Of a DNA stretch of 64,000 nt, positions 61,247 to 64,000 are shown piece by piece. The notes beneath the pieces were generated by a model. The model had not been told where the DNA came from. It searched no databases and saw nothing but the letters and a program-made list of their open reading frames with translations. Origin of the DNA: a virus (taxonomy: Duplodnaviria; Caudoviricetes); the IMG/VR virus record IMGVR_UViG_3300010352_001405, positions 64,001 to 128,000 of that record; one strand, written 5' to 3'. Position 1 is the first letter of the stretch, and every line of letters starts with the position of its first letter. A program made the position numbers and the translations under genes.

Positions 61247-61300
61247 TTTTATTGATTTATTTTTTAATATATATGGATATATATAAAATAACAAGGGTCA

Positions 61301-61669
61301 ATGAGTAATATTTTAAAATTTAACGAATTCGCTGATAAAAAATCAGAATTATGTATAAAAACAAATAATATATCCGAATTTTACAACTTGATGAAAATTT
61401 TAGAAGAAAATGGATATAATTGGCGAAATGGGTCAAAACCGACTAGTTTATGTTTTGAAATAACAATTATCGTGTGGATAAATAATATTAAAAAAACAAT
61501 TCGTTATTCGTCTATAGAATATTACATAGGATTAACACACAAACCTGAATTAATTGATATGTCTGATCATGATCAATATTTTCCTTGTAAATTAAAAAAA
61601 ATAAGTAATCCTGAATTAGATCCGTATAATGAAGAAGATTGGGGGTGGGAAGAGGTTCCCAACAAATAA
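61301..61669 (+). CDS. Hypothetical protein with CTS-like leader and DPYNEEDW
   Basis: MSNILKFNEF; LEENGYNW; ELDPYNEEDW. Confidence 0.6.
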   Translation: MSNILKFNEFADKKSELCIKTNNISEFYNLMKILEENGYNWRNGSKPTSLCFEITIIVWINNIKKTIRYSSIEYYIGLTHKPELIDMSDHDQYFPCKLKKISNPELDPYNEEDWGWEEVPNK

Positions 61670-61678
61670 ATATAACTT

Positions 61679-62281
61679 ATGAAATATATTAAAAAATATA
61701 AATTGTTCGAGAACGTAGTTACAGAATTATATTTATCCGGTAGAAATTTAACTGAATTACCTGGATTGCCGGATACATTAAAAATATTATATTGTTATAA
61801 TAATAGATTAACTGAATTACCTGATTTACCAGATACGTTAGAAAGATTATGGTGTGATAATAATAAATTAACTGAACTACCTGATTTACCAGATACATTA
61901 GAAAGATTATGGTGCGGGGATAATAATTTAACTAAATTGCCTGAATTACCAGATACATTAGAAATATTATATTGTTATAATAATAAACTAACTGAATTAC
62001 CAGAATTTTCAGAAACATTACAATATTTAAATTGTTATAATAATAACTTAACTGAATTACCTGAATTACCAAAAACATTAATATATTTAGATTGTAGTAA
62101 CAATAAATTAACAGAATTACCTGAATTACCAGAAACATTAAAATATTTATATTGTATTGGTAATAAATTACCTTATAATAATTTAAAATCTTATTGGAAA
62201 TGGTATTATAATAAATATCCAAGTATAACTTATGAAATATTTGATATAACGATTTATTTCAAGATGTCAATGCTTCAATAA
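61679..62281 (+). CDS. Leucine-rich repeat protein (20-aa, YopM/IpaH-type repeats)
   Basis: About 7 copies of LTELPxLPxTLxxLxCxNN; MKYIKKYKLFE. Confidence 0.9.
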   Translation: MKYIKKYKLFENVVTELYLSGRNLTELPGLPDTLKILYCYNNRLTELPDLPDTLERLWCDNNKLTELPDLPDTLERLWCGDNNLTKLPELPDTLEILYCYNNKLTELPEFSETLQYLNCYNNNLTELPELPKTLIYLDCSNNKLTELPELPETLKYLYCIGNKLPYNNLKSYWKWYYNKYPSITYEIFDITIYFKMSMLQ

Positions 62282-62346
62282 AATTGCAAAGATCTTTTGA
62301 TAAATACGGAGAAAATAATTTCTTATTTGAAATTATTGAAAAATGT
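62281..62346 (+). pseudogene. GIY-YIG endonuclease remnant
   Basis: KLQRSFDKYGENNFLFEIIEKC with no start codon. Confidence 0.45.
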
Positions 62347-62354
62347 ATGAAAAC

Positions 62355-62383
62355 AAAAAACCCAGATTATTTCTGGGTTTTTT
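62355..62383. terminator. Bidirectional terminator
   Basis: aaaaaacccaga-ttatt-tctgggtttttt. Confidence 0.7.
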
Positions 62384-62403
62384 AGAAAAATGTATTATAT
62401 TGA

Positions 62404-62595
62404 TTAATCTATTAATTTCACATTAATAGCCATTGGTCCTTTTCTACCTTCAGCTAAATCAAATTCTACTTCATCATTTTCTGTTATTTTGTCCATTAAA
62501 TTTGTAGCGTGAGCAAAATACTCTTTTCCTGTTCCTTTTTCCGAAATAAAGCCAAATCCTTTACTGTCAGAAAAAAATTTTACAATTCCATTCAT
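62404..62595 (-). CDS. csp: Cold-shock protein
   Basis: GIVKFF..KGFGFI..YFAH..V.F....KG..A.NV. Confidence 0.9.
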   Translation of the reverse strand: MNGIVKFFSDSKGFGFISEKGTGKEYFAHATNLMDKITENDEVEFDLAEGRKGPMAINVKLID

Positions 62596-62793
62596 ATTAT
62601 TTATTTTATTATTTTTTATTGTAGAAAATTCTACAATTCGTATATTATATATAAATAGAAAAGTTTCATTTATTTCTAATTTTAAATAATCTTGTTAGAC
62701 TGCAGATAAATGAGAAAATCTAATTTAGTATTACTATCATGATTTTTCATAGAATTTATTTTTTATGTTCATATCAAAAATTGACATATACGC

Positions 62794-62931
62794 CAGAATG
62801 AAACAGGAAATGAATATTTTGTGCACGCTACCGGTTTAGTTGACAAAATAACAGAAAATGATCAAGTTGATTTTGAATTAACACAAGGAAAAAAAGGATT
62901 GAATGCTATCGACGTTAAACTAGTAGATTGA
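62794..62931 (+). pseudogene. 5'-truncated second cold-shock gene
   Basis: ETGNEYFVHATGLVDKITENDQVDFELTQGKKGLNAIDVKLVD*; in-frame stop upstream and RNP1 missing. Confidence 0.75.
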
Positions 62932-62954
62932 TATACATATACATTTTTTTCAAT

Positions 62955-62982
62955 AAACCTCGCTTGTTGGCGAGGTTTTTTT
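62955..62982 (+). terminator. Intrinsic terminator
   Basis: aaacctcgc-ttgttg-gcgaggttttttt. Confidence 0.7.
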
Positions 62983-63297
62983 GTTTTTTTAAATAATCTA
63001 AAATCAAAGCAGTATCTTTTTGATTAAGATAAAAAATCAGTGAAGAGTCTATAACATTCTTAAATAGAACGAAAAAAATATAGAAAAAAGACTTTATGTG
63101 GTGAAGAGTAAATTGGGATTAATTAAAAAAAAATCCAAGAACTGAACTCAAGATGAAGATAAATTTATATTAAAAAATACGATAGATGAAAGTGTTAAAA
63201 AATTAAATAGGAGTAGACAAAGTATTTATATAAGAAAATCTAGATTAAGGAATTTTTTATCTCAATGAAATTTTGTAATTTTGTAAAAAATAAATAT

Positions 63298-64000
63298 ATG
63301 TTAGAAATTAAGGGAAAATATACGACCGCAAAAATTATGATTGATGATGTAGAGGAAACAGCATTAAATCAAGTATATAATTTGGTTTCGAATCCAGCTT
63401 TTACAGAACCAATTGTAATGCAAATAGATATACATGCTGGGGCCACAGCTCCAGTTGGGTTTACTATGCCTTTGTGTGAAAAAATTGTGCCTAATGTTGT
63501 TTCAGTTGATATTGGATGCTCAGTTCTTTCTGTTAATATCGGTAAAAACTTTACAACCAATAAAGATAGACTATTAAAATATGATGAAAAAATTAGAAAT
63601 GTTATACCTATGGGTAATAATATTCAAAATCGTTCATCAGTTCCGTCGAAATATTTTGAAAAGAATTTTTCATGGGATGAAGTAAATGATTTGGCTAAAA
63701 AGTTTATCATATCTTATAATAGAAAATTTAATACTAATTACTCATCTATTGAATTCACCTATGATTGGTTTTTGAAAAAACAAAAACAAATAGGAATGAA
63801 ACAGGATGCTGAAATGGGTATAGGAACACTTGGAAGTGGAAATCATTATTGTGAGATAGGATTATCAAACATTTCAAATGATTTTTGGATTACAGTTCAT
63901 ACTGGATCTAGAAATTTTGGTAAGATGGTTTGTGATTATCACATGGGTGTATCTAGAAAAATTTTATCTGATAAAAGAAATGTTTTATTGAAAAATAAGA
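63298..64000 (+). CDS. rtcB: RtcB RNA ligase, 3'-partial (not in ORF track)
   Basis: DIHAG..PVGFT, VSVDIGC, GTLGSGNHY.E, VHTGSRNFG. Confidence 0.9.
   Translation, partial: MLEIKGKYTTAKIMIDDVEETALNQVYNLVSNPAFTEPIVMQIDIHAGATAPVGFTMPLCEKIVPNVVSVDIGCSVLSVNIGKNFTTNKDRLLKYDEKIRNVIPMGNNIQNRSSVPSKYFEKNFSWDEVNDLAKKFIISYNRKFNTNYSSIEFTYDWFLKKQKQIGMKQDAEMGIGTLGSGNHYCEIGLSNISNDFWITVHTGSRNFGKMVCDYHMGVSRKILSDKRNVLLKNK

Noticed and set aside
1645-63560. Many short antisense or overlapping ORFs in the track (e.g. 4081..4311, 18361..18756, 29646..29969, 46070..46294, 63369..63560)
   Set aside because: Shadows of longer genes or of the tmRNA, with F/L/I/S-biased composition.
1-64000. Stop-codon reassignment (TAG or TGA), as in some large Bacteroidota phages
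   Set aside because: Core genes are full length in code 11, and TGA/TAG end real genes. The two TGA-for-Trp cases (59415 and about 63142) fit pseudogenisation.
1-64000. Bacterial chromosome or eukaryotic giant virus origin
   Set aside because: T4-like TerL, gp32, gp41, gp44 and baseplate genes mixed with isolated bacterial-type metabolic genes indicate a tailed phage.

Overview
Very AT-rich, densely coded 64-kb segment of a large tailed dsDNA phage (jumbo, T4-like gene content; standard genetic code). The host is probably Bacteroidota: TAnnTTTG promoters, no Shine-Dalgarno sites, and Bacteroidota-like NrdJ, PurF, Csp and YqeY. It encodes baseplate genes (gp5-like with an M15 peptidase, gp53-like), a clamp loader, RecA/UvsX, a DnaB/gp41 helicase, a gp32-like SSB, a TerL N-fragment, intein-containing NrdJ, NadE, DHFR, UNG, PurF, a DinG-like helicase, RtcB, Csp, a tmRNA and six free-standing homing-type endonucleases. 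Main observations: (1) three P-loop ATPase genes (ABC ATPase, helicase, TerL) are each broken at the Walker A lysine by related atypically split inteins beside a Vsr-like endonuclease, and TerL lacks its C-half locally; (2) an 8-aa DPY(G/N/D)EE(D/N)W motif recurs in at least 11 ORFs; (3) about 20 genes, including NadE and two LRR proteins, carry a T4-CTS-like N-terminal leader and sit behind a TAATATATA motif; (4) an integron-like attC cassette array with no integrase lies at 47.4-49.1 kb; (5) the tmRNA has a 37-codon tag; (6) an inverted, circularly permuted LRR duplication has swapped leaders. All calls come from motif recognition by eye; no database searches were run.
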